This document shows positions 61,908 through 64,000 of a stretch of 64,000 bases of DNA, piece after piece. Within the stretch, counting starts at the first letter, position 1, and every line of letters begins with the position of its first letter. Under the pieces are notes generated by a model. The model saw nothing but the letters and a program-made list of their open reading frames with translations. It was not told where the DNA came from and ran no database searches. The position numbers were made by a program, and so were the translations under genes. Source of the stretch: Octopus sinensis (lineage: Eukaryota); assembly GCF_006345805.1 (NCBI RefSeq), contig NC_043010.1:36394001-36458000 (forward strand). The letters are read 5' to 3'.

Positions 61908-63409
61908 TAATCACCATTAGCGTCCTCCTCCGCATCATCATTATTCCCATCATCATCATCATCATCAGCAGCTGTAGCAGCAGTAGCATGTAGCCATTGT
62001 CCACCTCGTTGTTAGCTATCGGTCTCACCAATCAAGATTTATAGGTTTGCAAAGTCTGTAATTATCACCATAAACAGGCTAACTGACGAGGTAAAAAAAA
62101 AAATAAAAAAAAAAAACCAAAATGCCTTTAGGTATTTCATTAAAGTAATTCTTATGTTACAGTTTCAAATCTGACCGGAGGTTGATTCCCGCTTTCATTT
62201 CGTCCGGGGGTTCGCTAAAATAATTACTACCAGCGAAGTGCTGAAGATGAAGAATAGAATATCCACCACGTATGAAGACGATATACATGTCGTAATGAGC
62301 ACAGAAGAAATTGGCGAGAAATTAAAAGAAAACTAGGTAACATCATTGTACTAAAATACAACATTCGTGACAGTAGATATACGACTACAAGCAATACAGT
62401 GACACTATTTCTTGACAAACATCCAAACAGAAAATAACAGACACACCACAGTTGTCTAGACCGAAGGCATATAAATAAATATATTTGCATGGAGACAGTG
62501 AATGTTCACACAGTTAGAAATTGGCGGTGTTGACATCACTGTTTAAAAGAGCTTTTACATTCCCGATCAGAAAGGAAGCTCTAGATAATAAAAATCTACA
62601 CAATAAAACACTCACTAATCAGCAACGGTGACATATATATATATGTTATATTATATATTATATCTTATATATATATATATTATATATATATATATTATAT
62701 ATTATGTATTATATTATATATATATATATATTATATATATATATATTATATATTATATATATATTATATATTATATATATATACACATAAATGGACCAAG
62801 GGTATAGCACAATATATTCTCAAATACAATACATTATATACGCCAAGCATTAAAAACCTATCAAAAGGAGATCACTATAGTGTGTATGTATATTACATGA
62901 ATAAAATGCACACTAACTATAGAATAAATAAATGTATCATTAAAACTGTCATGAAACAGGAACCAGATATATTACATCTAGCTATAAACGAATACTAGTA
63001 ATATACCGCAAATGTTTTTTGCGTGTTCTTATCATTAACAAACCCAAACATGTAAGCCTGCGAACGATCTACTATCGACTAATACGATTTTCTAATTTGG
63101 TTGCAGACCAGAATGTTGTTAACTTCACGACTTCAACTGCTATATTAGCCATAAAAGTTGGACACTCTCTCCCAACGGCTTATCATGCTGTGTTGCAAGG
63201 AACAATGGAAATGTGTTGCTGCGCAGAACAAAAACCTAGTTAGGAAAAGAATAGTAACAACCTAACTAGGCAGTATACGCTCTAAAAAATCGTTTATGGT
63301 GGAATCGGTTTTTCTAACACCTAACGGAGTTAACATAAACTCACATATGAAACAGTGATCAGACACAAAAATAAACATGACAGATGAAGTAAAAATTTAA
63401 CGTTAAAAG

Positions 63410-63906
63410 GTTCAAATTTCATCGGTAATATCAATAGGCTCCCAGAAGGCCTGCCTCCAGGGAGCCTATTGAAGTGGCAACAATATGCACCTACATATCT
63501 TCATCAGAAGTTCGGTGCCTGAGAATTTAGAGCATAATTATAATTAGGGTTCAGCAAAAATTGCTTCACCACATACCGATATTTAGAAATAGCAGTTAAA
63601 TACTATTCCACTACCATAAAATATCTCGCAGGCTCCACTACCATAAGATATCTCCCAGACCGTAATACTCTCAACTCACGCAGGTATTACTGCCTGGGTG
63701 ATACCTTATGGTAGTAGAATAGTATTTAACTGTTATTTCTAAATTTCTAAATTTTAGTATGTAGTGAAGCAATTTTTGCTGAACGCTAATTATAATTATG
63801 CTTATAATTATAGAATTGTTGTATAAGATTACCGATTATGGTTCTTTTGACATACTGAACTACTTGGTAAAATGATTAATTATTAATTGATTAATTTATT
63901 TTACCC

Positions 63907-63910
<4 letters not shown>
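63410..63910. repeat. Inverted-repeat structure of the 3755-family with adjacent degenerate hammerhead core
   Basis: 63531-63619 mirrors 63706-63802. Minus-strand CTGATGA (63501-07), a 12 bp perfect hairpin (63432-43/63460-71) and GAAA (63417-20). Confidence 0.7.
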
Positions 63911-63980
<70 letters not shown>

Positions 63981-64000
63981 AGATAGATATATAGATAAAT

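Overview
AT-rich, microsatellite-saturated animal DNA. The SINE families, repeat landscape and KRAB-less tandem C2H2 gene point to an octopus/coleoid cephalopod genome (inferred, not proven). There is one 100-N scaffold gap (37771-37870). I can support only one cellular protein-coding gene: a single-coding-exon 17-finger C2H2 zinc-finger ORF (7379-8980, minus). The rest is mobile DNA: a near-full-length L1/Tx1-clade LINE (~55042-61137; ORF1 with CCHC knuckle, ORF2 APE-RT-CCHC, broken by frameshifts), fragments of CR1/L2, RTE and R4/Dong-like LINEs, mariner, Tigger, hAT, piggyBac and Helitron/Helentron derivatives, a 1.9 kb foldback element, and at least four tRNA-derived SINE families. Most notable: (1) the Tx1 element and a second, 5'-truncated copy both lie inside (TATC)n arrays, suggesting a GATA-microsatellite-targeting retrotransposon; (2) a tRNA-headed SINE carries an intact minimal hammerhead ribozyme; (3) further intact and decayed Penelope-type hammerhead cores recur, often next to long inverted repeats. 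All motif calls and alignments were made by eye and boundaries of decayed repeats are approximate. I could not check novelty against Repbase, Dfam or Rfam.
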